Assembly (NCBI GenBank): GCA_040437565.1
Contig: JBDOQK010000065.1
Location: 124,001-186,999, forward strand
From: Albugo candida
Lineage: Eukaryota
Direction of reading: 5' to 3'
Length of the DNA stretch: 62,999 bases
The notes under the pieces are model-generated. The model was not told where the DNA came from and searched no databases. It saw only the letters and a program-made list of their open reading frames with translations. Positions 10,915-22,780 of the stretch are shown piece by piece; the stretch's first letter is position 1; each line of letters begins with the position of its first letter. The position numbers and the translations under genes are program-made.

Positions 10915-13776
10915 TCATTCTTGGCTTCTCTTCCTTATATTTGTGAATAGCACGGCTGTTATCATCCCATTCGCGTGCATGGATTCCTGACCACACAATA
11001 GAAGGCCTTGCTGACCGTCCGAGGATGTTCCCATGATCGCTGCCGACTGAAAATGCTTCCTAATGGCCTTGGCAATCGGCTTGATCCTTCCATTCATCAA
11101 GCGAGGATAGTTGCTGCTTATGCTCATCACGCATCCGACAATATCATCGCGATCCAGACGATGAGCCCCCACGTGCATCATTTCTGTAAAGCCTCCGATA
11201 ATTTGGTCGGGAATTCTCTGAACATCTACTGTCATGAGACGCAAATGCTCGCCATTTCGTACTGGCGCATTGAGACACAATGCGAATTCTTCGTCAGCGC
11301 ACTCGGGTTGAATGACTTGATACTTTGAAAACTGCGTGGTCGTATGCATACGATCTTCCTCGTCTTGTGTCAGTTGTTCGCGACAGAGAGGATAATGAAG
11401 CGGAACCACACTGCAGCTTGTGTCGTACTTGCACGGATCCCCCACAAAATCGTGCAAGAGATCATAACAGGCTTTGTTGAGCTCCAGGAGTGCGGGATTT
11501 CCATTCAAAGTATCGATTCTTTTGCCCGAGCAATGTGAGACAACCAGCGGCTTGACCGCGTCATGTTCATAGCATGTGAAGAAAGCATGCGCGATCTCCA
11601 CACTCGGAGAGCAAAATGCCATCGCGATCCCACGCTGTGTCACATTTCGATTGATTGATGTCCAGGAGCAGATTTGTGTGGCGTCATATTGTTTGGGTCC
11701 GTTTGGATGGTATACGCAGGCACAAAGTGCATCAGAAAGCGCGCTTGCTTCCGGGGTCACACTTTCCTGTTCGCTTTCGGAAATCGGTGCCGTTGCAAGA
11801 TCGGGGCATTGATTCGAACAATTTGGACAGGACACAGAACGACTGCGTACAGAGCATCCGGCGAGAAACGATAGAGTGGAATCCACCAAATCATTCGCAG
11901 TCTCCATGACAGCTGCTTCGTCGTTATAGCTTGTCTGCATCCAAATCAAATCGGCGGCCTCTCCATTACACACTTTGCCATATTCTTGTGCCAGGCATTT
12001 CTTGACTCCTTCAGAGACGGAATCCACGCCAAAATCAGCATTAATGACCGAATAAAAGCCTTCAGGGTCGTAAATACCCCATAATGCAAAGACCGGACCC
12101 TGGGGCACTGCATTTTTATGTGTGAAAATTCCATCACTGGAGCTTCCTCCCATAAATAACGTCTCATTTGGAACCGATTGTTTCAATTGCTCGTATATTA
12201 TGAGACCATCATGAGCGAGTGAATACGATACGATCATCAAATGAGGAGCTTTGTTATTCAGGTCCTGACAAAGCATCGAATAGGCTGAGTGAACCGCTAT
12301 TGCCGCATCCGGGTCATAAGATAAAGCGCTTGCAATTCGAATCGATGAATCCGTATCGACTGGTTGCTTCGATTTGTTTTCCAAGAGCACATGTTCCTTA
12401 GAGGCTGATGTCGAAGTAAGTGAAACTTCTCTCTCTGGTGCTTGACGGATGAATTGGTCCCTCGAGCTTGCGTCTTGGGCCTCCGGCATGTTGCTAGTAT
12501 GAAGACGTACTTTGGAAAGACAAAGCAAACAAAGCCGAACTGGCTGCTCACAATATGTCCATTTCTCGCCACAACGATTGCAAATAGCTCTAGAACAACT
12601 TCTGCAATGCTTTCGAAGCTTGAGAATGGAAAAGGTTGAGTGGCAAAATGAGCAATGTGATGCTTTTTTCCTTGATGCTGAACAGATTTCTGGTGCTGTT
12701 TGTAAATCAAACTGATCCAAATCGATATCGTACGACCCAAACCGCTGTTTTCGATACGAATTTTCAGGAAAAGCCTGACTCCAATCGCTACAGATAACCG
12801 TACTGTCCGAAGCGGTTCTCTTTAGAATTTCACGGCCAATCTGATCGCGGATGTTACTTAGCCGATTTGCGTACGCAATCGCTACTTCCTGTGCCATTTC
12901 TTCGTGCAATGGACTCGGAAAATCAATTGTCACAGAGCATATGACATGACATGAATTTGGGTTTTTCTCAGATGGGAGAACAAGATGGAAGCCATTTTGT
13001 ACGACTGAACGTTTACAGTTGTTAATAAAACCAGTGAGAAGATTCTGTTCTGCGAGAGAGAGAGTGGAAATCACTCTACTGGTCAAGTTATCGCTCAACG
13101 AGTGAAAGTACTGAAAACCAATTGGAATTGGATCAGTTGATAGCGTTGCGTATTCCATAAAACAGAGATCGACTGGCTCAGGTGACAAACTCTGTATTCG
13201 ATGAGCCTGCCACTTTATAGTCGTTCGAGGGAATTTTGTATCGTTTGAGGAAGATAGAGATTTCAGAACTGAGGCCTGCAAGCATCCTGGAAAGACTTGT
13301 GATTCCAGCTTCTGATACGCTTCAGAACCGTTTGGAGCCAGGAATTCCACCATCTCCGTTACATTTGCGTTCATATCACACGAAATTCTAAAAATTAAAT
13401 TATTTTGCGAGTTTGGCAGTGCTCTCTGATAGATTTCCACGTCTTTGACCTTTGTCATATAAGTCCATCGTCCGCGTACATCTTCTGCTTTTGTGAGCCT
13501 TTGAGCTGATACCCTCAGCTTTTCAATCAATTTAAAAGCGTAAGTAGCATCCTCCACATCACCAATCAATTTGGCTGAGCAACTCGATAGAGCGTTCGCA
13601 ATGGCATGGAATTCCTCAATATTTCTTAATGTGGTTTTATGATAGGCTTGAGCCACGCGTTGTGTTTTATATTGAAAGAAGGATTTTGTGGGGTTTCGTC
13701 CATCGATATTTCTTGATTGAGTACCACATTTAAGTATTTCAAATGCTGCTGTATTAGTTTTAGTGTAAGACTTCAT
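10915..13776 (-). CDS. START-like + FYVE zinc finger + FIST (FIST_N/FIST_C) domain protein
   Basis: N-terminal oomycete START-like region (WTYMTKVKDVEIY, IKWQA...DLCFMEY); FYVE CSFC...RKHCRSCSRAICNRC...CLLC at about 12510-12655; FIST-like C-terminal half (FMGGSSSDG, RIDTLNGNPA, APVRNGEHLRLM, GQQG...HANGMITAVLF). First in-frame ATG 13776; an upstream exon is possible. Confidence 0.75.
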   Translation of the reverse strand: MKSYTKTNTAAFEILKCGTQSRNIDGRNPTKSFFQYKTQRVAQAYHKTTLRNIEEFHAIANALSSCSAKLIGDVEDATYAFKLIEKLRVSAQRLTKAEDVRGRWTYMTKVKDVEIYQRALPNSQNNLIFRISCDMNANVTEMVEFLAPNGSEAYQKLESQVFPGCLQASVLKSLSSSNDTKFPRTTIKWQAHRIQSLSPEPVDLCFMEYATLSTDPIPIGFQYFHSLSDNLTSRVISTLSLAEQNLLTGFINNCKRSVVQNGFHLVLPSEKNPNSCHVICSVTIDFPSPLHEEMAQEVAIAYANRLSNIRDQIGREILKRTASDSTVICSDWSQAFPENSYRKQRFGSYDIDLDQFDLQTAPEICSASRKKASHCSFCHSTFSILKLRKHCRSCSRAICNRCGEKWTYCEQPVRLCLLCLSKVRLHTSNMPEAQDASSRDQFIRQAPEREVSLTSTSASKEHVLLENKSKQPVDTDSSIRIASALSYDPDAAIAVHSAYSMLCQDLNNKAPHLMIVSYSLAHDGLIIYEQLKQSVPNETLFMGGSSSDGIFTHKNAVPQGPVFALWGIYDPEGFYSVINADFGVDSVSEGVKKCLAQEYGKVCNGEAADLIWMQTSYNDEAAVMETANDLVDSTLSFLAGCSVRSRSVSCPNCSNQCPDLATAPISESEQESVTPEASALSDALCACVYHPNGPKQYDATQICSWTSINRNVTQRGIAMAFCSPSVEIAHAFFTCYEHDAVKPLVVSHCSGKRIDTLNGNPALLELNKACYDLLHDFVGDPCKYDTSCSVVPLHYPLCREQLTQDEEDRMHTTTQFSKYQVIQPECADEEFALCLNAPVRNGEHLRLMTVDVQRIPDQIIGGFTEMMHVGAHRLDRDDIVGCVMSISSNYPRLMNGRIKPIAKAIRKHFQSAAIMGTSSDGQQGLLLCGQESMHANGMITAVLFTNIRKRSQE

Positions 13777-14028
13777 CCACTTCACCCGTTCAGAACGTTT
13801 AATGTATCTATAAGAAAAGCGCTGGTAGTCGATTCGGGTTGATCAATGAGCCAAACCCATTTCGCGTGTGATCTCTATGACACTTCCATCAAAGTACGGA
13901 ATCATACTTACGCAGACGGTCCATCGAGGTACCTCCTCACGGCCGATCAGAACACAAGTGATCGAATTCTGATGTATACTTTTTATATAGAAAGCGAGAT
14001 GCGAATTGGTAAATAAATCGTGTTCTAG

Positions 14029-16224
14029 TTAAAGCAGCTTAAGGTTGAAATTTGCGAGGTCTTTCTCCGAGTATTTATGATGAGCGCTGCTGTATTTCCA
14101 ATCTTCCGATTGCGCGCGAGTTGATCGTTTGACGGTAGCGCAGGTCTTTAGAATAGCAGCTTCCTTCTCTGCCAAGAGAACAATTCTTGGTCCGAGTTGA
14201 GAAGACTCGAGTTTACCATCTTTAGCCGTCGCGGTAGGAGTAGCCTCTGCAGCCGTTTGACACCTCCTGATACCTACGACCAAATCGCCCATGGTTCTTG
14301 TCCTATCACGATTCCCAGCTTCGCAATCATGTCTTGCTGATGCTTCTGTGACCGGGTAGCTCGTCGATCTTGTCGAACCGCGCGCTAACATATCCTGTGG
14401 CGCAAGACACGAATCCCGAGAGCAACGATTCGCTGAAGTGCGTGACGATTCGTGAAGATCTCCAGTTTGGGTATGTCGCGGGGTGAATTGCATGCGAACA
14501 CTAGAGCTGATCCTGGAAGCTGCATCACTTGCACTGGAAGGTCCAAAAAGATCACATAGGATACATTCCCGAAAACTTCCTCGAGCTGAGCCACCAGAAA
14601 GCTGTTTATTTTCCAGTACATTATCATCATCCAGGTACGATAGATCGTTTGTTGCGTGATTCCGGGGAAAGAACGTGATGCGTTCGGCAAAATTATAGCG
14701 CATACTGTTGGTGCAGGGATCATTCTTCAGCATGAGCATCGCTGAAGTCTTTCGAACGCAGCATTTCTGGCAGATGAATGAAGTGCATGTAATGCAGCGA
14801 ATCTTTCTTCGCAGCATCGAAAAAGATGTGAGACAGATGGCACAGATCTGTGATTTCGAGGCTCCCGTACTTTTTCGACGAAATTGATTTCGTATCATAC
14901 TGGCTGCCGAGACAGATGGATCTAAACCAGCTTCTCGTATTTGTTCCTTCCACTGCTTTGAAAGCACCACACGTAATGACGCCATCTGATGAGCAAAAAA
15001 ATCAAAAAACTCCAAGCTGAGTAGGTGACTCGATATTGGACGGATCTCTGGAATGTACACCCGACACGTCAGAATGACTTTACAAACGTTTGCATTCGAT
15101 GTTTCCTCAATCTTATAAAGCCAATCACGAATGTAATACATCAAACATGATTGCTGGGGTTTGTTTTTCTTCCTCATGGTAATTCTCGCACGAGCTTCCT
15201 GCAGATGTAGTTGTTTTTCATCAATTGATCGCCGATATACATAAGCTTTACGAAGAAGTTTCGTTCTCCGCTCACTGTTGCTTGAATGGCCAGAATCCAC
15301 CAAAGATGAATGCACCAAATCATCCATCAGTAATGCTCGATTTTTGTTTCTAGACCGCTCCACGTCTTGTGTTTGATGGACACTACTGACAGGGCTATTT
15401 TCTACACTGGAAACATTACTTATCGTTTTGTCACTTTCACCAAAACTTATTGAACTTTCGATAACTTCTTCTTTGGCATGTCTCAAAGTCTCGCGTGGAG
15501 CAGGTATTGTGCTCGCTTGTAATGAGACCGCCTTTTCTGGCACATCATAGCGAGCATATTCAGCATAACAGACCTCAAATATATCCCTGGTATTTTTCGA
15601 GAATTGTGATGCCAAATACTTCAAATTCATTCTCGGAAGGGCTTCACGAGGGTCCTTGTTCAATCGCGAATGACCACATATTTTCGTTGACGCAAAACCT
15701 TTGATAGTGTGCATGCTGATCCAATATTGTTCCCGAACATCCGCAGTTGACAGAATCTCGACAACAGTTTCAATGGACCCTGGAATTCGAGTACAGCCTC
15801 TGTATTCCTTCTCGTAACAACGTAAAACGTTGGGCTCAATATTTTCGACTTCCCTATTTCTACCAGTAACTTGGCCTTGGTTTCCAGCTTTAGCATTCAT
15901 GTCAAAGTGTCTCGTAGTAGTCGTTTTGAGGATTTCATCCTCGGAGGAGGGAATACGTTCATAAAGCCGTACACCATCAATCTCTTTCGATAATATATAC
16001 GCCTTCCGTGGGTCCTCGCTATTAACGCTCCGGATGGCTTTTTCAGCGTGCTTTTCAATAGTTTCCACATGTGTCGAATTTTGCGTTCCAGAGCCCCATA
16101 AAAAGCGCTCGACGCTATTTTTGAATTCATCATTCGCTTTTATTGTGCGCGCGCATTGGACTGATTTCTGTGCGTCAAACTTTTGCGATCCACTTTGTGT
16201 GTGATTTCGTAATGATCGAAGCAT
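14029..16224 (-). CDS. START-like + FYVE-type zinc finger protein with disordered tail
   Basis: DGVRLYER, IPGSIETVVEIL and FEVCYAEYA (START-like); CAIC...RRKIRCITCTSFICQKC...RECILC (FYVE with long insert). First ATG 16224. Confidence 0.75.
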   Translation of the reverse strand: MLRSLRNHTQSGSQKFDAQKSVQCARTIKANDEFKNSVERFLWGSGTQNSTHVETIEKHAEKAIRSVNSEDPRKAYILSKEIDGVRLYERIPSSEDEILKTTTTRHFDMNAKAGNQGQVTGRNREVENIEPNVLRCYEKEYRGCTRIPGSIETVVEILSTADVREQYWISMHTIKGFASTKICGHSRLNKDPREALPRMNLKYLASQFSKNTRDIFEVCYAEYARYDVPEKAVSLQASTIPAPRETLRHAKEEVIESSISFGESDKTISNVSSVENSPVSSVHQTQDVERSRNKNRALLMDDLVHSSLVDSGHSSNSERRTKLLRKAYVYRRSIDEKQLHLQEARARITMRKKNKPQQSCLMYYIRDWLYKIEETSNANVCKVILTCRVYIPEIRPISSHLLSLEFFDFFAHQMASLRVVLSKQWKEQIREAGLDPSVSAASMIRNQFRRKSTGASKSQICAICLTSFSMLRRKIRCITCTSFICQKCCVRKTSAMLMLKNDPCTNSMRYNFAERITFFPRNHATNDLSYLDDDNVLENKQLSGGSARGSFRECILCDLFGPSSASDAASRISSSVRMQFTPRHTQTGDLHESSRTSANRCSRDSCLAPQDMLARGSTRSTSYPVTEASARHDCEAGNRDRTRTMGDLVVGIRRCQTAAEATPTATAKDGKLESSQLGPRIVLLAEKEAAILKTCATVKRSTRAQSEDWKYSSAHHKYSEKDLANFNLKLL

Positions 16225-17326
16225 TCTCCACACACGCTTTATTTATCTGCGAATTGGTCAACAACAACAAAGCTATCGTACTGAGCACTCGATTGTTGAT
16301 TATTAGCAAAGGCAAAGGAGTTGGATCGGTCGAATAATTCAACCCCCTTTGTTACACTATACCGAAGGTGCAGATGCAAAGAGTACAATTTCGTGGAATC
16401 GGTTCAGTCTGTTTTTTTCCGTCCCTAATCTCTACCCGTAAAAATTGTTGAATTATCGAACATGACGATACTGGATTTTATAGTGAAAGAAAGACGTGTT
16501 TTCATTCTCGTAGCAGGGTAAGGTGGAGTGAGACACACACAGAAAGCCTTACAGTTTCAGCAAGTTGTGGTCACTGATATAAAGCAAGTGTAATCGCTTT
16601 GTACAAATTGATCAAATGTGTGAGCTAGCCACAATATAGTAGTACAATGACTAGTGCGACTTTACAAGGCTTCAATTTAGATGCGTCAGCAACCAAGCCA
16701 GAAACGCCATTGTGCACAGCTGGAGGACAATGTAGGAGGTAAAATGACAAATGACGCTTTCTTCCCATTGATTCGACTAGACGAGAATTAGTGCAAGTCA
16801 TACACACCAACGTCACACAAACACTATTTAAGCTTCGTTTATTTGGCGGGATCTAACAAGTTGTCAATGAAACTACGCCATTCCCGATATGTCATGGCTC
16901 AATCTTAGGGATAAGGAGGTACAAAACATATGAATGTAGATGCGTGATGTACATGGCTTAGCTGTACGCATGCCCTATGAAATAGTATGATAGTTGAGTT
17001 ACTCATCGGTCCATTCGATACCCAAAAAGCTTGAAAAAGCGTCCCTTGCAAGCGCATGGACTAAATCCGCATTGTAACTCCTAATAATATTATATTTGGT
17101 TATCGAATCCGCAGGTTGAATTAGCTAGCAACTGAACGGGATGCGCACATGTCTTGATTTTTGGAAAGCGTTCTCAACCATTTCTTTATCTAAATCCCCT
17201 TCTAGCACATTCAAGACTTGCAAAGANNNNNNNNNNNNNNNNNNNNNNNNNNNNNNNNNNNNNNNNNNNNNNNNNNNNNNNNNNNNNNNNNNNNNNNNNN
17301 NNNNNNNNNNNNNNNNNNNNNNNNNN

Positions 17327-19761
17327 ATGCAGCGAATCTTTCTTCGCAGCATCGAAAAAGATGTGAGACAGATGGCACAGATCTGTGATTTCGAGGCTCC
17401 CGTACTTTTTCGACGAAATTGATTTCGTATCATACTGGCTGCCGAGACAGATGGATCTAAACCAGCTTCTCGTATTTGTTCCTTCCACTGCTTTGAAAGC
17501 ACCACACGTAATGACGCCATCTGATGAGCAAAAAAATCAAAAAACTCCAAGCTGAGTAGGTGACTCGATATTGGACGGATCTCTGGAATGTACACCCGAC
17601 ACGTCAGAATGACTTTACAAACGTTTGCATTCGATGTTTCCTCAATCTTATAAAGCCAATCACGAATGTAATACATCAAACATGATTGCTGGGGTTTGTT
17701 TTTCTTCCTCATGGTAATTCTCGCACGAGCTTCCTGCAGATGTAGTTGTTTTTCATCAATTGATCGCCGATATACATAAGCTTTACGAAGAAGTTTCGTT
17801 CTCCGCTCACTGTTGCTTGAATGGCCAGAATCCACCAAAGATGAATGCACCAAATCATCCATCAGTAATGCTCGATTTTTGTTTCTAGACCGCTCCACGT
17901 CTTGTGTTTGATGGACACTACTGACAGGGCTATTTTCTACACTGGAAACATTACTTATCGTTTTGTCACTTTCACCAAAACTTATTGAACTTTCGATAAC
18001 TTCTTCTTTGGCATGTCTCAAAGTCTCGCGTGGAGCAGGTATTGTGCTCGCTTGTAATGAGACCGCCTTTTCTGGCACATCATAGCGAGCATATTCAGCA
18101 TAACAGACCTCAAATATATCCCTGGTATTTTTCGAGAATTGTGATGCCAAATACTTCAAATTCATTCTCGGAAGGGCTTCACGAGGGTCCTTGTTCAATC
18201 GCGAATGACCACATATTTTCGTTGACGCAAAACCTTTGATAGTGTGCATGCTGATCCAATATTGTTCCCGAACATCCGCAGTTGACAGAATCTCGACAAC
18301 AGTTTCAATGGACCCTGGAATTCGAGTACAGCCTCTGTATTCCTTCTCGTAACAACGTAAAACGTTGGGCTCAATATTTTCGACTTCCCTATTTCTACCA
18401 GTAACTTGGCCTTGGTTTCCAGCTTTAGCATTCATGTCAAAGTGTCTCGTAGTAGTCGTTTTGAGGATTTCATCCTCGGAGGAGGGAATACGTTCATAAA
18501 GCCGTACACCATCAATCTCTTTCGATAATATATACGCCTTCCGTGGGTCCTCGCTATTAACGCTCCGGATGGCTTTTTCAGCGTGCTTTTCAATAGTTTC
18601 CACATGTGTCGAATTTTGCGTTCCAGAGCCCCATAAAAAGCGCTCGACGCTATTTTTGAATTCATCATTCGCTTTTATTGTGCGCGCGCATTGGACTGAT
18701 TTCTGTGCGTCAAACTTTTGCGATCCACTTTGTGTGTGATTTCGTAATGATCGAAGCATTCTCCACACACGCTTTATTTATCTGCGAATTGGTCAACAAC
18801 AACAAAGCTATCGTACTGAGCACTCGATTGTTGATTATTAGCAAAGGCAAAGGAGTTGGATCGGTCGAATAATTCAACCCCCTTTGTTACACTATACCGA
18901 AGGTGCAGATGCAAAGAGTACAATTTCGTGGAATCGGTTCAGTCTGTTTTTTTCCGTCCCTAATCTCTACCCGTAAAAATTGTTGAATTATCGAACATGA
19001 CGATACTGGATTTTATAGTGAAAGAAAGACGTGTTTTCATTCTCGTAGCAGGGTAAGGTGGAGTGAGACACACACAGAAAGCCTTACAGTTTCAGCAAGT
19101 TGTGGTCACTGATATAAAGCAAGTGTAATCGCTTTGTACAAATTGATCAAATGTGTGAGCTAGCCACAATATAGTAGTACAATGACTAGTGCGACTTTAC
19201 AAGGCTTCAATTTAGATGCGTCAGCAACCAAGCCAGAAACGCCATTGTGCACAGCTGGAGGACAATGTAGGAGGTAAAATGACAAATGACGCTTTCTTCC
19301 CATTGATTCGACTAGACGAGAATTAGTGCAAGTCATACACACCAACGTCACACAAACACTATTTAAGCTTCGTTTATTTGGCGGGATCTAACAAGTTGTC
19401 AATGAAACTACGCCATTCCCGATATGTCATGGCTCAATCTTAGGGATAAGGAGGTACAAAACATATGAATGTAGATGCGTGATGTACATGGCTTAGCTGT
19501 ACGCATGCCCTATGAAATAGTATGATAGTTGAGTTACTCATCGGTCCATTCGATACCCAAAAAGCTTGAAAAAGCGTCCCTTGCAAGCGCATGGACTAAA
19601 TCCGCATTGTAACTCCTAATAATATTATATTTGGTTATCGAATCCGCAGGTTGAATTAGCTAGCAACTGAACGGGATGCGCACATGTCTTGATTCTTGGA
19701 AAGCGTTCTCAACCATTTCTTTATCTAAATCCCCTTCTAGCACATTCAAGACTTGCAAAGA
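17327..19761. repeat. 2.4-kb duplicate of 14792-17226 (second copy of START-FYVE 5' part and upstream), likely assembly/haplotype overlap
   Basis: Offset 2535; near-identical, with one visible difference (gatttttgg vs gattcttgg); abuts gap 17227-17326. Confidence 0.9.
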
Positions 19762-22700
19762 ACCGTCATCACTACAACGAATTGAGCGTGAGGATACAAG
19801 TGGAAGACAAGACGGAGCGGATGGAGGCGGATGCAAACTTCGACTTGTCTACAGTGAGTAGAATGGTCTCTAACGAGACCTGGGATGAATTTTCAACAGG
19901 AAATTGATTTGATTAGAGAGAACAAAAGAATGTATCTTACGAAGTCAGCAATGCCTCTGGCTGGTTGAAACAAAATAACCCAGCAGGTGTGTGAGGAGCA
20001 AGCATGCTAAATAATTATGTCCAGGGTCTTCTATTGAGAATACTTGGTGTTTGTGACCTTCTCCTTGTAACGTTGGTGTCCATACATGCATGCATCCATA
20101 ACAGGTCAGGTATAACTCCAAATGCGTCGCATGCAGTGCTGTCTCAAGAGCAGCATGTATTTTTCGACTTGTTAATTATTGATTATTGGAGGACAGAATC
20201 AATTGTACTGCTCACCCATTTGATTTACAGGTCCATTTATATTTATTATGCGTTGAATTGATAAATTGACAAATTGACCCACCCCTCAATACATCCCCCT
20301 CCCGAATTTTTATAAGTGCAATTATCCAACTTAACAACCTGATGCCTTCTAGTATAATGTAGTGACCAAGAGCCCGCATTTCGCCAAATTTCAGTCTGCA
20401 AAAAAGCTTTCGTTGACTCAGCTGCCACATAGATCTATAAAGGTATACAAGGACAATTGACGCTTAATGGCGCGGTCACAAAACATGTAACTTCGGAAGT
20501 TTTAGTAAATGTTTGGATTCAATCATCCAACCTAACGTTCCTTCGTCTAGATATAGACTATTACACAGGAAACCCTCCGATTGACCAAAGGCTTTCCTGC
20601 AAGCATTCTCTCCTTAGGACCGACTAATCAAAAGCGCATTGCCTGAGAGGCAAACTGATAGAGTTAAGAGACGGTGATTGCATCCGCATATCACCTCTAG
20701 AATGAGGTATCCTTACCGATGAACCCATAAGCATACATACCAAAATTCACTTCAGTTGAGATAATCAGCAACGAATAAATAGTATGCGTATACTCCAGCA
20801 CACATTACCAAGAGGTCAAAAGTTAGGCAGCATCTCTAGCATTTAAAGGGCCAGTGTTGAGTCTTCATGTGCACCATATGATTATAAGTTAAAAATCCCG
20901 CAACAAATGTTTAGAGCACAGCCATAGTCCTCACTTAACAGGACTTATTATCGAATTGACCACCAAGCAGCATTTGCATATTCATATAAGCCATTTAGAA
21001 GCAATGATTGATCCTCTATACTTTTTTCTCTGAATCGCTCCCAAATTATTCCTCAATGTCAGAGGACTCGTCTACGCACTGCGTCTGCATCCTCCTCATA
21101 TGCTTGGAAGGGTCTGCTGTAACAATAAGCTGAGATAGACAAAAAGTCACAAGGCAAAAAAGAGTTTGCAGCTTGGTTTCTAAGCTGGACAATAGACGCG
21201 ACATGGAGAACGTGGCGTACTCTTAGAAATGGCTCATACGATGAAATGGCTCTTTTTAAGTTCAGGCATACAACAAAGCCAAAATCTGCAAACTTGGCCT
21301 GCGGTCATAACCATAGTAATTCGTGCATGGTTTGAATAGTTGATATCAAAAGTATCTTGTATCAAATCAAAAGAGACTAGTTGAGGCGTAGAGTATCTCA
21401 TTTATCAGGTGGCCAGCCCCAAGAAATCATGGCAGAGTTATCTGAAACTCATAAGGCCAATTATTACTGCATTCGCAAATGTTGGAACAAGAGGACAATA
21501 GCGGTACTTCATTTTTACGCAATGACAAAACTTAAAGGGTAAGATACCCGACGGCATACAAACACGATTGTATTCCTAGCTAGTTGATGGGTTGTAACAC
21601 GGACTCGATGAAAGTTTTGAACGATTCATAATCCACGTCGCGCAGCTCCGGGGTTGACACACCATTGATGAGATAGATATCAGTATCGTATATTTCTCGG
21701 GAAACAGCATACTTCCAATACAAGAGTAGTCTTTCCGTTCCGTCAAGTCGGTCATTTTCGTCAGCCCAATTTTTGTGCGAGAGGCGTGGAAAAGATGCAC
21801 TTGCAAGTTCACGAATTCTTTTCCTTACATCAAGCGGTGTCAAGTACAGATCCTTAAAATCGGTGAACCTACACGATAAAGTAATTAGACAAGATGGTTT
21901 GTGGTGAAGAAACGCACAGAACACATACGACATTCGATGCTCGTAGATTATTTCCAACCATTCGAAAAAATACATCATCTCCAAGCTCTTTTGTGACTTG
22001 ATAGATTGACGTGTATATCTCAAATAATTGAGCGTTGTCTGGATGATTAAACAAGATAAATCGGACGCAAATTTGGTCTTTATATTCCTCCGCGAGCTTC
22101 ATCATGATATCGTATGATGTATAGGTCCTGTTGACCAGCTACACGATAAGATGGATTAGATTAATTGCAAATCATCAAAAGATATTAACTTGCAGGATCG
22201 GTAAACGTTTCTATTTGAACAGGGGCAGACAAGCTACACTTGTGCAGTCTAAATCCAGCAGGTACTGGTGGAAACTCAGGCCGCGCTTGCACACGGATTA
22301 TTTGAAGCATCAAAAATAGTTTCAAGGCCACCATACTGATTAGCTGATGTTTTTCGTCTTCTTGGGTGAATTTGCTTGTGTGATCCTCTCTACAAGCCTT
22401 GAAGTAATTTTGAGTGCATGTGTAATGTGACTCTATGGACAGTGAAATTGTAGAGCGTGCTCAAGCAGCATTTTCTATATATCGATGTAAAAATGATATC
22501 CATTTCTGTATGGATGTCGTCCATCCATAAGCGCTTCCTATGCATTACAACATTCTTTCAATGGCTAAAAGTATCCCGAAGGGGCCTTTCATCCAAGAGT
22601 ATTACGGCGTTGTGTATGCCCTATACCATTAGCAAGAAAATACATAAAGAGGATACGCCCCAAAAAACTATTCATGACGGTTCACCGGGCTCTGGCTCAG

Positions 22701-22780
22701 TGTCGTTACATTCGTCATACTTTTGGGTATCCGAATCCTGGGAACTAGCCTCACAAAATGGGTGATCATAATATCATTTA
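19660..22780 (-). other. Candidate degenerate endogenous viral element: relic of a negative-strand RNA virus L (RdRp) gene
   Basis: One minus-strand frame with many stops carries, in order, CFVTAPLSVNCPCIP (20441-20485, motif-A position), YKNSGGGCIEGW (ending 20279, motif-B-like GGIEG), TIDSV (about 20200, motif-C position) and LAPHTPAGL. Coding-like fragments lie upstream at 21580-22105. Confidence 0.45.

Noticed and set aside
17125-18768. Apparent paralogue of the START-FYVE gene with a new C-terminus
   Set aside because: Near-identical gap-flanking copy; the ORF simply reads through Ns into unrelated sequence.
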